64,000 nucleotides of DNA from a bacterium (GTDB lineage Bacteria > Planctomycetota > JADGBV01). The DNA is taken from the NCBI GenBank assembly GCA_023261545.1, contig JAHFOS010000002.1, forward strand, positions 62,590 to 126,589, read 5' to 3'. Position 1 is the first letter of the stretch; the number at the start of each line of letters is the position of its first letter. Positions 17,502 through 26,597 of the stretch are shown one piece after another. Both the position numbers and the translations under genes were made by a program. The notes beneath the pieces are model-generated. The model saw only the letters and a program-made list of their open reading frames with translations. It searched no databases and was not told the DNA's origin.

Positions 17502-18382
17502 CAGAGATTACGCAGTGCTAGTATCTCGCGTACTGGTGTGCGATCCCCGGTGCAACTGATGCGCCGGGGAGCCTTGAGGAATGCCAGCTTGTAGCCGAGG
17601 TTCTCATAGAGGCTCACTATGCGATCCGTGGCCTGATTGGAGAGAACCACAGGGCCCGGATGACGACACAGCCAATTGGCTAGGCGTTCTTGGTCCGCCC
17701 ATGTGAAGTCCTCTTTGGCGTAACGTGTAAACTCAACATCGTAGGGCGGGTCAGCGTAAACAAAGTCATCAGGGAGAAGCGACACCTTCTCAAAATCTTC
17801 GCAGAGAAATGTCCATCGCCGTGTCACCGTGCGAAAGCTCGTGAAGTCCCGGGCGTAGTTGATGGTGGCATAGCGGCCGAAGGGGACGTTAAATTTTCCA
17901 CTGCTGTTGAAACGGCAGAGGCCGTTGAATCCCGTGCGGTTCAGGTAATAGAACAGGGCTGCCGCCTCGCCGCTCTTGCGGCCACCATTGGAAATCAAGG
18001 CATTGAAACTTCGGCGATTCTGTTCGTAGACGTCTCGGTCATTCATCATGCACACATCAGCAAGTGCGCCGCGCTTCAAAGCCCGATAGAAGTTAATGAG
18101 GTGGGGGTTAATGTCATTGAGAAGAGCTCGGGAAGGTCCAAATCCCAATGTGACCGCCAGCCCCCCGCAAAAAGGCTCCACGAGACGACGGCTGCGGTAC
18201 GGTACCCAGAGGGGTAGCAAGTGTGGCACCAACCATCGCTTACCCCCCGCCCATTTGAGAGGTGGTGTCGAGGCGCACTTCCGCGCGCTTTTCCCAAACA
18301 TTGTCGCCGGTGCCGCCATCTTATTCATCACCCGGTCCATCTTACCCCCTCCCCAAAGCCGCAAATGTCCGATTTCGTCCAC
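17501..18382 (-). CDS. Dam-family N6-adenine DNA methyltransferase
   Basis: PLKWAGGKRWL (motif I region of the Dam family) and catalytic DPPY (YADPPYD). The true start is probably an internal Met (MNKM or MFGK). Confidence 0.85.
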   Translation of the reverse strand: MDEIGHLRLWGGGKMDRVMNKMAAPATMFGKSARKCASTPPLKWAGGKRWLVPHLLPLWVPYRSRRLVEPFCGGLAVTLGFGPSRALLNDINPHLINFYRALKRGALADVCMMNDRDVYEQNRRSFNALISNGGRKSGEAAALFYYLNRTGFNGLCRFNSSGKFNVPFGRYATINYARDFTSFRTVTRRWTFLCEDFEKVSLLPDDFVYADPPYDVEFTRYAKEDFTWADQERLANWLCRHPGPVVLSNQATDRIVSLYENLGYKLAFLKAPRRISCTGDRTPVREILALRNL

Positions 18383-18719
18383 ATTCTATTCACTCCCCCT
18401 GGCGCGGCTTCCTGCTGGCCCACACCCTCTGTCTCGCCTACCTCGCCATCTTCCTGCGCTTGCGGCGCATCCCCCTGTCCCACGAGCGCGCGGCGCTGGC
18501 CTGCACGCTGATCTTCGGCCTGCCGGCGCTGCTTGTTTTCCTTTCCCCGCCGCTTTTCAAGAAGCGCGCCGCCTGCAGCGCCTGCCGCCAGCGTATTCCC
18601 GTCACCTTGCCCACCTGCCCCTGCTGCGGGGCGCCGACGTCGTGAGGCGATAGGTCTGCCGTGCGTCCCAGAGGGAGATGGCGGCGTATCCAGCTCGCTA
18701 TATCGGATAGCATGTTACA

Positions 18720-19010
18720 ATGATCAAGAGTATCGCGGGCCGGATCACACAGGATATCTACGATGGCACGGATAGCCGAAACGCGCGCAAGGTTCCCGTC
18801 GAGCTGCACGGCAAGAGCCGTCGGCTCCTGGATCAGATCAACGCGGCCGCGCGCATTGAAAATATGCGCGTTCCCCCCGGCAACAGGCTCCAGGCCCTTG
18901 CCGGCGATCGCAAGGGTTTTTGGAGCATTCGCGTCAATGATCAATGGAGGGTCGTGTTTCGCTGGATCGACAACGACGCTTATGATGTGGAAATCACGGA
19001 TTACCATTAA
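18720..19010 (+). CDS. higB: HigB-like toxin (RelE/ParE superfamily, plasmid maintenance system killer)
   Basis: MIKSIAGRITQDIYDG...PPGNRLQALAGDRKGFWSIRVNDQWRVVFRWIDNDAYDVEITDYH matches the HigB signature (GNRLE.L.GDR.G.WSIRIN.QWRI.F.W....A..V.I.DYH). Confidence 0.8.
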   Translation: MIKSIAGRITQDIYDGTDSRNARKVPVELHGKSRRLLDQINAAARIENMRVPPGNRLQALAGDRKGFWSIRVNDQWRVVFRWIDNDAYDVEITDYH

Positions 19011-19019
19011 GGAACGCTG

Positions 19020-19316
19020 ATGTTGCCAAGAAACCGACCGCCCACCCATCCCGGAGAGATGCTTTTCAAAGAGTTCATTGAACCGAGCGATATCACGCAG
19101 AGTGCTTTTGCCAGGCACCTGGGCTGGTCTTTCGCCAGACTCAATGAGATCGTGCGCGGCAAGCGCGGCGTCACCGCAGACTCGGCTCTATCTTTCGGTG
19201 AGGCGTTGGGCACGGGACCAGAATTCTGGCTCAATCTGCAAAGGAATTGGGATTTGTGGCATTCGCAGCGGAAACATAGGCCGGTCGGACCCCTTAAATC
19301 GTTGGTGAGGCGCTGA
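19020..19316 (+). CDS. higA: HigA antitoxin (XRE-family helix-turn-helix)
   Basis: HPGEMLFKEFIEPSDITQSAFARHLGWSFARLNEIVRGKRGVTADSALSFGEALGTGPEFWLNLQRNWDL is the canonical HigA HTH. Located 10 nt downstream of higB. Confidence 0.8.
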   Translation: MLPRNRPPTHPGEMLFKEFIEPSDITQSAFARHLGWSFARLNEIVRGKRGVTADSALSFGEALGTGPEFWLNLQRNWDLWHSQRKHRPVGPLKSLVRR

Positions 19317-19464
19317 AAGGTCAGGGCGATACCAGAGCGTAGGTGGCCGACATGAGGCACCTTGCGATTTTTTGTGCCGTTCGCAGATCGCGCCCCTGAG
19401 CATGCTGATTCCGTCAAGTCCGATGATAGTTGCCGCCCCGCTCCGCGCTGGATGATCGCCGCCC

Positions 19465-20487
19465 ATGTCCGCCGGCAGCTACGATGAAGGCGTGAGGGCG
19501 CTCCGCGAGGTGACGGGGGTGGTCGTCCCCACCTACTTGCCGGAGAACCCCGAGCGCGCCTTGCAGGTCCGGCTTCTGGAAGAGACGGTGCGCGCTTTCC
19601 TGCGCGAGCTGGGGGATCCCAGCCACCTGGTCTTGAGCGCCGACGGGGAAGACTGTGGCGCCGACGTGGTGCGCGAGCTGGCGCGCCACTGCGGCTGCAG
19701 CGCCGTCGTTCACGGCCGCAATCTCGGCAAGCTGCACGCCGTGCGTTTGGGCGCGCGGCTGTTGCTTGAAAGCAGCGCTGTTCAGTACGTCGCCGTTGCC
19801 GATAACGACGGCGATCACTTTGCCAACGAACTCCTGAACCTGGTGCGTTGCGCCCAGCACGCGAGCCGGGAAGGCGCGGAAGCGCTGGTCATCGGCGGTC
19901 GCTTGTCGCGCCACCGGCCCATGGGCTTTTTGCGCGGGGAGCAGGAGGAACTAGCCTGCCGCGTGCTGCTCGACGCGCTGCGCTACGACGCGGCCCTCAC
20001 GGGCCGGCCGCTGCGGCTTGATCATGTTCTGGCCGTGGAGGATTTCCCCGACTTCCACTCCGGCTATAAGCTTTTTACGCGCGCCGCGGCCACGGCCGCT
20101 TTCCTGCGCGAGCCGGTGCTGGCCGGGACCAGCGAGACCTGCTACTACCGCCACGCCTGCGAAGCGGCCATGGTGGTCGAGGCGCTGCAGGGCGGGGCCG
20201 TACTGGCCTCGGTCCTGCGCTCCACCTTCAACGAGCAGCCAGTCTCCACTTTCGGACGGCTGGACCGCAGCGCGCTCGCCGCCGACATGATTTCTTGGCC
20301 GCTGCTGCGACTCAAGGTTCCCGCGTCTTTCGCGCGCGTGTGGCTCGACAATCACATCAGCCGCCTGCAGCTCGGGACGCTGGCGCCGCTAGGGCGCGGG
20401 GAGCTTTTCGCCATCCGCCGTCAGGTGCTGGCCGCTTATGGCGAGGACACCAAAGAAGGCCCGCTTCCTGGGCCGCTGTTCGTCTAG
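19465..20487 (+). CDS. Hypothetical protein, possibly a GT-A fold (family-2-like) glycosyltransferase
   Basis: N-terminus VVVPTYLPENPE resembles the GT2 IVIPAYNEE motif. ADNDGDHFANELLNLV resembles the GT2 DxD region. Weak evidence. Confidence 0.4.
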   Translation: MSAGSYDEGVRALREVTGVVVPTYLPENPERALQVRLLEETVRAFLRELGDPSHLVLSADGEDCGADVVRELARHCGCSAVVHGRNLGKLHAVRLGARLLLESSAVQYVAVADNDGDHFANELLNLVRCAQHASREGAEALVIGGRLSRHRPMGFLRGEQEELACRVLLDALRYDAALTGRPLRLDHVLAVEDFPDFHSGYKLFTRAAATAAFLREPVLAGTSETCYYRHACEAAMVVEALQGGAVLASVLRSTFNEQPVSTFGRLDRSALAADMISWPLLRLKVPASFARVWLDNHISRLQLGTLAPLGRGELFAIRRQVLAAYGEDTKEGPLPGPLFV

Positions 20488-20488
20488 C

Positions 20489-21700
20489 ATGGCCGGCGAT
20501 CTCATCCCACCCCTGCGGGCCGAGGCCCTCATCCGGGAGCATTTCCCGGCATTTTCCTCAGAGAACGTTGATCTGGAGGAAGCCCAAGGCCGAATCCTGC
20601 GCGAGGACCTCCACGCCGACCGCGAGCTGCCCCCTTACGACCGCGCGGCCATGGACGGCATCGCTTTCAGCTCAGCGGAGGTTGCGGCGGGCCGGCGCGA
20701 GTTCGCCGTCGTCGGCTTCCAGCCCGCGGGCCGGCCGGCGTCGCGTCTGCCAGCGGGGGAAGGAAGCTGCCACGAAATCGCCACCGGCGCCGTGCTGCCC
20801 ATCGGGGCTGACAGTGTTGCGCCTTACGAGCGCATCGCGCTGCGCGACGGTCGGGCCGCTTTCGAGGAAGGCTTCACTCCCGGTCCCTGGGCCAACGTCC
20901 ACCGGCGCGGCTCGGACGCCGCGCGCGGAGCGCGGCTGGTCTCATCCGGCATGCTTCTCACGTCACCGGAGATCGCCGTGGCGGCCTCCATCGGCAAGGC
21001 ACGACTGCGCGTGGCGCGGAAACCCGTCATCGGCTTCGTCTCCACCGGCGACGAGATCGTCGCTGTGGAGCAGGCGCCGCTGGCGCACCAGATCCGCGGC
21101 AGCAACGGACCGGCCCTTGCCGCCGCGCTGAGGCGCTTCGGATATTCCTTATCCAAAAAAATGCACCTGCCCGACGAGCCAGAAGCGCTGCGCCGCGGCA
21201 TCGGCGCGCTGCTGCAAAGCTGCGAGGTGCTGATCTTGAGCGGCGCCGTCTCCGCCGGACGCACGGATCTCGTCCCCGCCGCTTTGGAGGCCTGCGGGGC
21301 GCGCCGTGTCTTCCACGGCGTGGCGCAGCGGCCGGGCAAGCCCTTCTGGTTCGGGACGGGACCGGCGGGCCGGCCCATCTTCTCGCTGCCCGGGAATCCC
21401 GTCTCGGTGCTGGTTTGCCTCTACCGCTACGTGCTTCCGGCCTTGGAGAACGCCTCGGGGCTGTCAGACCTGGCGAACGAGACGGCGGAGCTGGCCAGCG
21501 ACTACGAGGTCAAGGCGAAGCTGGCTTTTTTTCTGCCCGTGCGCATCGAGTCACGCGCTGGTCGGCTGTTAGCGCACCCGCAACCCCCCAATGGCTCGGG
21601 CGATTTCGCGGGCCTGGCCGGTACCAGCGGTTTCGTCGAGCTTCAGCCCGGCCCCAATCGCGTGGCGGCTGGCACCGCAGTCCCCCTCTACCGCTGGTAA
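20489..21700 (+). CDS. moeA: Molybdopterin molybdenumtransferase MoeA
   Basis: LPPYDRAAMDGIAF (MoeA PPFDxSAMDGYA motif), GADSVAPYE, the MPT-binding domain LILSGAVSAGRTDLV and the C-terminal barrel. Confidence 0.85.
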   Translation: MAGDLIPPLRAEALIREHFPAFSSENVDLEEAQGRILREDLHADRELPPYDRAAMDGIAFSSAEVAAGRREFAVVGFQPAGRPASRLPAGEGSCHEIATGAVLPIGADSVAPYERIALRDGRAAFEEGFTPGPWANVHRRGSDAARGARLVSSGMLLTSPEIAVAASIGKARLRVARKPVIGFVSTGDEIVAVEQAPLAHQIRGSNGPALAAALRRFGYSLSKKMHLPDEPEALRRGIGALLQSCEVLILSGAVSAGRTDLVPAALEACGARRVFHGVAQRPGKPFWFGTGPAGRPIFSLPGNPVSVLVCLYRYVLPALENASGLSDLANETAELASDYEVKAKLAFFLPVRIESRAGRLLAHPQPPNGSGDFAGLAGTSGFVELQPGPNRVAAGTAVPLYRW

Positions 21701-21825
21701 TTTCATAATAGTTCCGCTCTGTCGAAGATTTTCCAGCCGTTCGCCCTTCATCCCCAGCTTTGGGGGATGAGTTTTTCGAATGGCCACGAAGCGGGCCACT
21801 AGGGGTGGATAGCGGTGGTGCCGAG

Positions 21826-21866
21826 ATCCGTTCATGCTTCGACAAGCTCAGCACGAACGGATCTGA
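21826..21866. terminator. Perfect hairpin (9-bp stem, 21-nt loop) between convergent moeA and moaD. The sequence is related to the REP-like repeat family
   Basis: GATCCGTTCATGCTTCGACAAGCTCAGCACGAACGGATC; the loop sequence CTTCGACAAGCTCAG is shared with the elements at 33826, 34892 and 47215. Confidence 0.4.
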
Positions 21867-21917
21867 TTGCCATTCACTTCAAACGAAAACCCATTCCTCG
21901 GGCTGAATTGTGTAGGC

Positions 21918-22157
21918 CTATCCCCCCGCCACAGGCGGGATGAAAACCAGGCGGTCGCCATCCAGCAGTTTGCGATCCCAGGGAGCGAATTCGTCGTTGA
22001 TGGCGAGTTTCAAGTTTTCGCGGCTCAGCTTGAGATGATGCCGCGTGCGTAGCATGTCATAGAGCGCCACGGCGTCGCCGTCCGCGAGTTCGATCTCTTC
22101 CTCACCGAGCCCGCGCTGCTCGCGCAGCGCGGCGTAGTACTCAATACGCACGCGCAT
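21918..22157 (-). CDS. moaD: Molybdopterin synthase sulfur-carrier subunit MoaD (ThiS/MoaD fold, C-terminal GG)
   Basis: 79-aa product MRVRIEYYAALREQRG...DGDRLVFIPPVAGG ending in Gly-Gly. The start overlaps the nnr stop (TGATG). Confidence 0.7.
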   Translation of the reverse strand: MRVRIEYYAALREQRGLGEEEIELADGDAVALYDMLRTRHHLKLSRENLKLAINDEFAPWDRKLLDGDRLVFIPPVAGG

Positions 22158-23719
22158 CAGGGCATCCGAAGATTGATGAACGCCTTGTGCAGGCATTCGA
22201 GCAGACGCCCGGCGGTCACGCCGGGGATGCCGTAAAGTTTGGCGGCCTCGTCGCCCGCGGCACCGTGGAGGTAGGCGCCCAGGACCGCCGCCTCTCCGGG
22301 TGGCAAACCCTGTCCCAGGAGCGCCGCCACGAGCCCCGTCAGCACGTCGCCGCAGCCGCCGCTGGCCATGCCCGGATTGCCGCTGGAGTTCACGAAAACC
22401 TCGCCTTCCGGCGTGGCGGTCATGGAGGGCGCACCCTTGAGGTGCAGGACGAACCCCCATTTGCGGGCGTGCGCGCGGATTTCTTCGGCCAAGGCGAAGC
22501 CGTGGGCTAAGGCGAAACCGCGGGCCTGGCTCTGGATCTTGAAAAAAGCCTGGTATTCGCCCGGATGGGGCGTGAGGATCACGGGAGCCTTGCGATGGAA
22601 CAGCCAGCGCGGCGGGCCGGCGAGCAACTGCAGCGCGTCGGCATCGAGCACCAGGGGCTTGTCACAGTGTTTCAGCAATAATTCGAGGAAGCGCCCGGTG
22701 CCGGCCGCACGGCCAAGACCGGGTCCGGCGGCGATAACGTCCGCCCATTCCAATTTTTCCTCGATAGCCTTAAAGGCTTTCTTTCCGGCAAGTCCCCCCT
22801 CGGTTTCCGGCAGCCCCAGGGTCATGGCCTCGGTGAGTTTGGCGGCCAGCACGGGCTGGATCGAGACCGGGCAGGCCGCCACCACGAGACCCGCGCCTGC
22901 GAGCAGCGCCGCCTGGGCCGAGAGCGCCGCCGCCCCGGCGAGTCCCCGGGAACCGGCGATGACGAGCACGCGGCCATAGTTTCCTTTGTGAGAGTCCGGG
23001 GCGCGGGCGGGCAGCAAGGAAGCCGCGGCGTGGCCATCGAAGCGGCGCAGGAACAGCTCCGGGCTTTCGATAAGGCTCGGAGGAAAACCGATGGGATCCA
23101 CCTCGACCCGGCCAGCGCACTCGCGCAGCGGCGAGAAAAAAAGGCCGGCTTTAGAAAGCCCTAGGCTCAGGGTGCGATCGGCGCGAACCGTGAGGCCGGG
23201 AAGCGCGCCGCTGTCGGCGTCGCCTCCCGAAGGGATATCCACGGCCAGGACGCACTGGCCGGATGTGTTCAGAGCCTCGATAGCGGAAGCGATGAGCCCC
23301 TTGGCCGGCCCGCGGCTGCCGGTGCCGAGCAGGGCGTCCAGCACCAGGTCGGCGCCCACCAGCAACGCGGGCAGCACTTCTTTATTGCGGACGAATCGCA
23401 GTTTCATGCCGCTTTTTTCGGCGATCGCGAACTGCTGCTGCGCCGCACTGCTCAGTTCCGCGCGGGCGCAACAGAGCAGGGCCAGCACCTTGGCGCCGCG
23501 GCCGGCAAGCTGGCGCGCAGCCACCAAGCCGTCGCCGCCGTTGTTGCCTTTGCCGCAGAGCGCGATGATGTTCCGGCCACAAGCGCCCCCCAGCATTTTC
23601 TCGGCCTCTCGCGCCACCGCCGCCCCCGCGGCCTCCATCAGCGAGGCGGCGGGAATTGCGATCTCCTCGATGGCTTTGCGGTCTATTTCCCGCATCTGGG
23701 CGGCGGAGGCGAGTCTCAT
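22157..23719 (-). CDS. nnr: Bifunctional NAD(P)H-hydrate repair enzyme Nnr (epimerase plus ADP-dependent dehydratase, YjeF N- and C-terminal domains)
   Basis: N-terminal domain IIALCGKGNNGGDGLVAARQL. C-terminal domain VLVIAGSRGLAGAAALSAQAALLAGAGLV and GNPGMASGGCGDVLTG. Confidence 0.85.
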   Translation of the reverse strand: MRLASAAQMREIDRKAIEEIAIPAASLMEAAGAAVAREAEKMLGGACGRNIIALCGKGNNGGDGLVAARQLAGRGAKVLALLCCARAELSSAAQQQFAIAEKSGMKLRFVRNKEVLPALLVGADLVLDALLGTGSRGPAKGLIASAIEALNTSGQCVLAVDIPSGGDADSGALPGLTVRADRTLSLGLSKAGLFFSPLRECAGRVEVDPIGFPPSLIESPELFLRRFDGHAAASLLPARAPDSHKGNYGRVLVIAGSRGLAGAAALSAQAALLAGAGLVVAACPVSIQPVLAAKLTEAMTLGLPETEGGLAGKKAFKAIEEKLEWADVIAAGPGLGRAAGTGRFLELLLKHCDKPLVLDADALQLLAGPPRWLFHRKAPVILTPHPGEYQAFFKIQSQARGFALAHGFALAEEIRAHARKWGFVLHLKGAPSMTATPEGEVFVNSSGNPGMASGGCGDVLTGLVAALLGQGLPPGEAAVLGAYLHGAAGDEAAKLYGIPGVTAGRLLECLHKAFINLRMP

Positions 23720-23828
23720 GGGCAGGAGCGCCTGAAAATAGTGGGGTGCATACCGATGATTTTAGCACGGAAACTGGGACGGCACGGCCCTTGCAAGCCG
23801 GCGGGCCGGGTCAGGATGAAAACACCTG

Positions 23829-24866
23829 ATGAAAGCCGCCCTGCTCACCGCCTTGCGCCACTTTGAAATCGCGGAGCTTCCCGAGCCCGCTCTTGAACCC
23901 GACGAAGTGCTGGTCGAGATGCGCGCGGTGGGCATCTGCGGATCGGATGTCCACTATTGGAACGAGGGCGGCATCGGGCCCGCGCGCGCGCGCTACCCCC
24001 AAGTGCTCGGCCACGAGCCGGCGGGAGTGGTAGTAGCGTGCGGAAAGCAAGTGAAGGATCTGCGGCCCGGCGACCGGGTCGCCGTGGAGCCGGGGCTTTC
24101 TTGCGGCCACTGCCGCCTGTGCCTCATGGGCCGGCAGAACTGCTGCCCCAACGTGGTCTTTTTGGGCTCGCCAGGAGGCACCGGGGCCTTTCAGGAATAT
24201 CTGCCCCGCAAAGCCCACCAATGCCACCTTCTGCCGGAGAGCCTGAGCCTGGAAGAAGGGGCGCTCTTAGAGCCTTTCTCCGTGGCCGTGCACGCCCTAC
24301 GCATTTCAGGCTTTACCATCGGCCAATCGGCCGCAGTCATCGGCGGCGGTTCCATCGGCTTGGCCATCGCCATCGCCTTGCGCGCGGCAGGGGCGGGAAG
24401 AATCGTGATCGGCGAGAGCCTGTCCTGGCGCCGCGAAAAGGCGCGCGCGCTGGGCTTTGCGGAGGTGGGCGACACCACCAGCGGCGAATTCGAGGAGCTG
24501 GTGCGCCGGCATACTCAGGGAGAAGGCGCGGAGGTGGTCTTCGAGGCCGCTGGCGAACCCGAGACTTTCCACCTGTCGGTGCGCTGCGCCGCCATCGGCG
24601 GCACGGCGGTGCTCGTGGGCATCTGCGGGCCGGAAGACATCGCGCTGCCCATGCACACGGCGCGCCGGCGCGAGCTCAAAATCCTGCTCTCAAGGCGTGA
24701 TAATCGCGAATACGCGCCCACCTTGACCCTGGCGGCCCAAGGACGCCTGGACATGAAAAGCCTGATCACGAACCACTACGCCCTGGGCGACGTGCAAAAG
24801 GCCTTCGAGGAAACCCACGCCCGCAAGCCGGGCGTGTTGAAGTCCATCATCAGGGTCAAGGGGTGA
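23829..24866 (+). CDS. Zinc-dependent medium-chain alcohol/polyol dehydrogenase (sorbitol/threonine dehydrogenase-like)
   Basis: GICGSDVHYW, GHEPAG, structural-zinc cysteines CGHCRLCLMGRQNCC, Rossmann AAVIGGGSIG. Confidence 0.85.
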   Translation: MKAALLTALRHFEIAELPEPALEPDEVLVEMRAVGICGSDVHYWNEGGIGPARARYPQVLGHEPAGVVVACGKQVKDLRPGDRVAVEPGLSCGHCRLCLMGRQNCCPNVVFLGSPGGTGAFQEYLPRKAHQCHLLPESLSLEEGALLEPFSVAVHALRISGFTIGQSAAVIGGGSIGLAIAIALRAAGAGRIVIGESLSWRREKARALGFAEVGDTTSGEFEELVRRHTQGEGAEVVFEAAGEPETFHLSVRCAAIGGTAVLVGICGPEDIALPMHTARRRELKILLSRRDNREYAPTLTLAAQGRLDMKSLITNHYALGDVQKAFEETHARKPGVLKSIIRVKG

Positions 24867-24924
24867 GCCGTCTGCGGGCCGCGCTCACGGGGTTGGGCGT
24901 TTCAGCTTTAAGAGCTTGTTTAAA

Positions 24925-25110
24925 AAATACGAATTCTTTCACCACAGAGAACACCGAGGGCACAGAGCGTTCACCTAGCCATGCTAAGCCTGAGCGTAGG
25001 CCTCCGACATAATTTTGAATTTTCAATGGATTTTTCCTCTTATTCTTGTCCGTTCTCTGTGTTCTCTGTGCCCTCTGTGGTAAAATATTCTTTTAAAAAA
25101 CCAAAAGGGT
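24925..25110. repeat. Palindromic intergenic element (~185 bp) with imperfect inverted repeats of about 30 bp, sitting between two convergent genes
   Basis: Left arm TTTAAAAAATACGAATTCTTTCACCACAGAGAACACCGAGGGCACAGAG. Right arm CTCTGTGTTCTCTGTGCCCTCTGTGGTAAAATATTCTTTTAAAAAACC. Confidence 0.4.
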
Positions 25111-25202
25111 GACACTAAATATACATTTTAAACAGGCTCTAAGAATTGCCATCTAGGCTGCGGTCGAAGGGGTCGGGTCGGCATAGGCGCGCAGGACAAG
25201 GA

Positions 25203-26468
25203 TCAAGCGTTCTCCGCCAGCAAGAACTCCATGAGGTCTAAACGGCGAATGCCATCTAGATCGCTGCCCCAGGCGGGATCCAGGCTCAGCACCAGTTTGG
25301 GGTAATGGTCCTTGATGGCTTTGAGCGGTCCGAACTCGCGGGCCACCGTAGCGGGGCTGGCCAGGAGATAGGCGACCTGGATGTAGAGCTTGTCGCCAAC
25401 GCGGGTGGCGACAAAGTCCACCTCCGCGTTTTGGAGCTTGCCGATACAGACCTCATAGCCGCGGCGCTTAAGCTCCAGGAAGACGACGTTTTCCAGGATG
25501 CCGGAGATATCCGCCTCGCGATAGCCGAGCACGGCGTGCCGCAGGCCGAGGTCTCCGAGGTAGTATTTCTCGTGGATCTCGAGCAGACGCCGACCCTTCA
25601 GATCGTAGCGCGGCACTCGGTACGCGAGCAGGGCCTCGCAGAAATGGCCGAGGTAATGCTGCACGGTCTCGACGCTAACGGTCAGGCGTTGCGCTTTCAA
25701 GTGATCCGCGATGCGCTTGGCGGAAATCACACTTCCGATATTGTCCATGATAAATCGGCCCAGGCTTTCCAGCAAAGGCACGTTGCGGACGGCGTGCCGC
25801 CGCACGACATCCTTGAGCAGGATGGAGTCGAAAACCGAGCGGCTGTAGGGAAGAGCCGTTTCATCCCGCAAGGGAAAATGGTGCAGACCGGGCAGACCGC
25901 CGTAGCGCAAGTAGAGACGGAAAGCTTCGCGGCGGTCGGCCACGGCGGCGGAATGAAAGGCCAAAAACTCGGTAAAGCCCAGGGTGTAGACGGGGAACTC
26001 GAGATAACGCCCGGTCAGCAGCGTGGCCAGCTCGGAAGAGAACAGATGGGCGTTGGAGCCCGTGAGGATAATATCCAGATCGGCACGGGCGGAAAGAGGA
26101 GCCACCGCCCTTTCCCACTGCCCGATCTCCTGGACCTCGTCAATAAGAAGATACTTCCGACCACCCTTTTTCCCGAGCAGCGGCCTCGCGATTCGGTCCA
26201 GATCACGGTAGGTGACGATGTCCTCGAATTCCAGCGATTCCTTGTCAATGTACAGGATGTTGGTGGCCGGAACCTTTTCCCGCTCCAGGAGATCCACCAT
26301 CAGCAGTTTCAACAGACAACTTTTGCCAGCGCGACGCATGCCAGTCAGTATCTTGACGACTGGCTTGCCGATGAACGGCCGGATGCGCTCGGCGTAGATA
26401 TTTCGGCTGTGGATAAAACTTGCTTCTGAATTCATGAAAGTTTTCGATTTGGACGAAATTATCCACAT
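25203..26468 (-). CDS. AAA_14 / DUF4143-family ATPase (paralog 2)
   Basis: Walker A ILTGMRRAGKSCLL, Walker B YLLIDEVQE, and the C-terminal DUF4143-like region. Confidence 0.8.
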   Translation of the reverse strand: MWIISSKSKTFMNSEASFIHSRNIYAERIRPFIGKPVVKILTGMRRAGKSCLLKLLMVDLLEREKVPATNILYIDKESLEFEDIVTYRDLDRIARPLLGKKGGRKYLLIDEVQEIGQWERAVAPLSARADLDIILTGSNAHLFSSELATLLTGRYLEFPVYTLGFTEFLAFHSAAVADRREAFRLYLRYGGLPGLHHFPLRDETALPYSRSVFDSILLKDVVRRHAVRNVPLLESLGRFIMDNIGSVISAKRIADHLKAQRLTVSVETVQHYLGHFCEALLAYRVPRYDLKGRRLLEIHEKYYLGDLGLRHAVLGYREADISGILENVVFLELKRRGYEVCIGKLQNAEVDFVATRVGDKLYIQVAYLLASPATVAREFGPLKAIKDHYPKLVLSLDPAWGSDLDGIRRLDLMEFLLAENA

Positions 26469-26597
26469 TTCCCGCCGACGTCAATCTGAAGCAACGCCAC
26501 ACCCCTCCCTCAGACCCAGGCTCCGATACGCTTGTGCCGGAGAGTTCGGTGCGCGTCGGGAAACGGCAGGGCCGCGCAAGGCGGCATCTGCCGTGGA

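Noticed and set aside
18262-18645. 127-aa plus-strand ORF with two hydrophobic segments and a C-terminal CxxC...CPCC zinc ribbon
   Set aside because: The only in-frame start lies 120 nt inside the Dam methyltransferase gene on the opposite strand, and there is no start codon in the intergenic part. It may be a small membrane protein using a non-canonical start, but the evidence is insufficient
18438-19118. 226-aa minus-strand ORF
   Set aside because: Antisense to the clearly recognisable higB-higA pair on the plus strand
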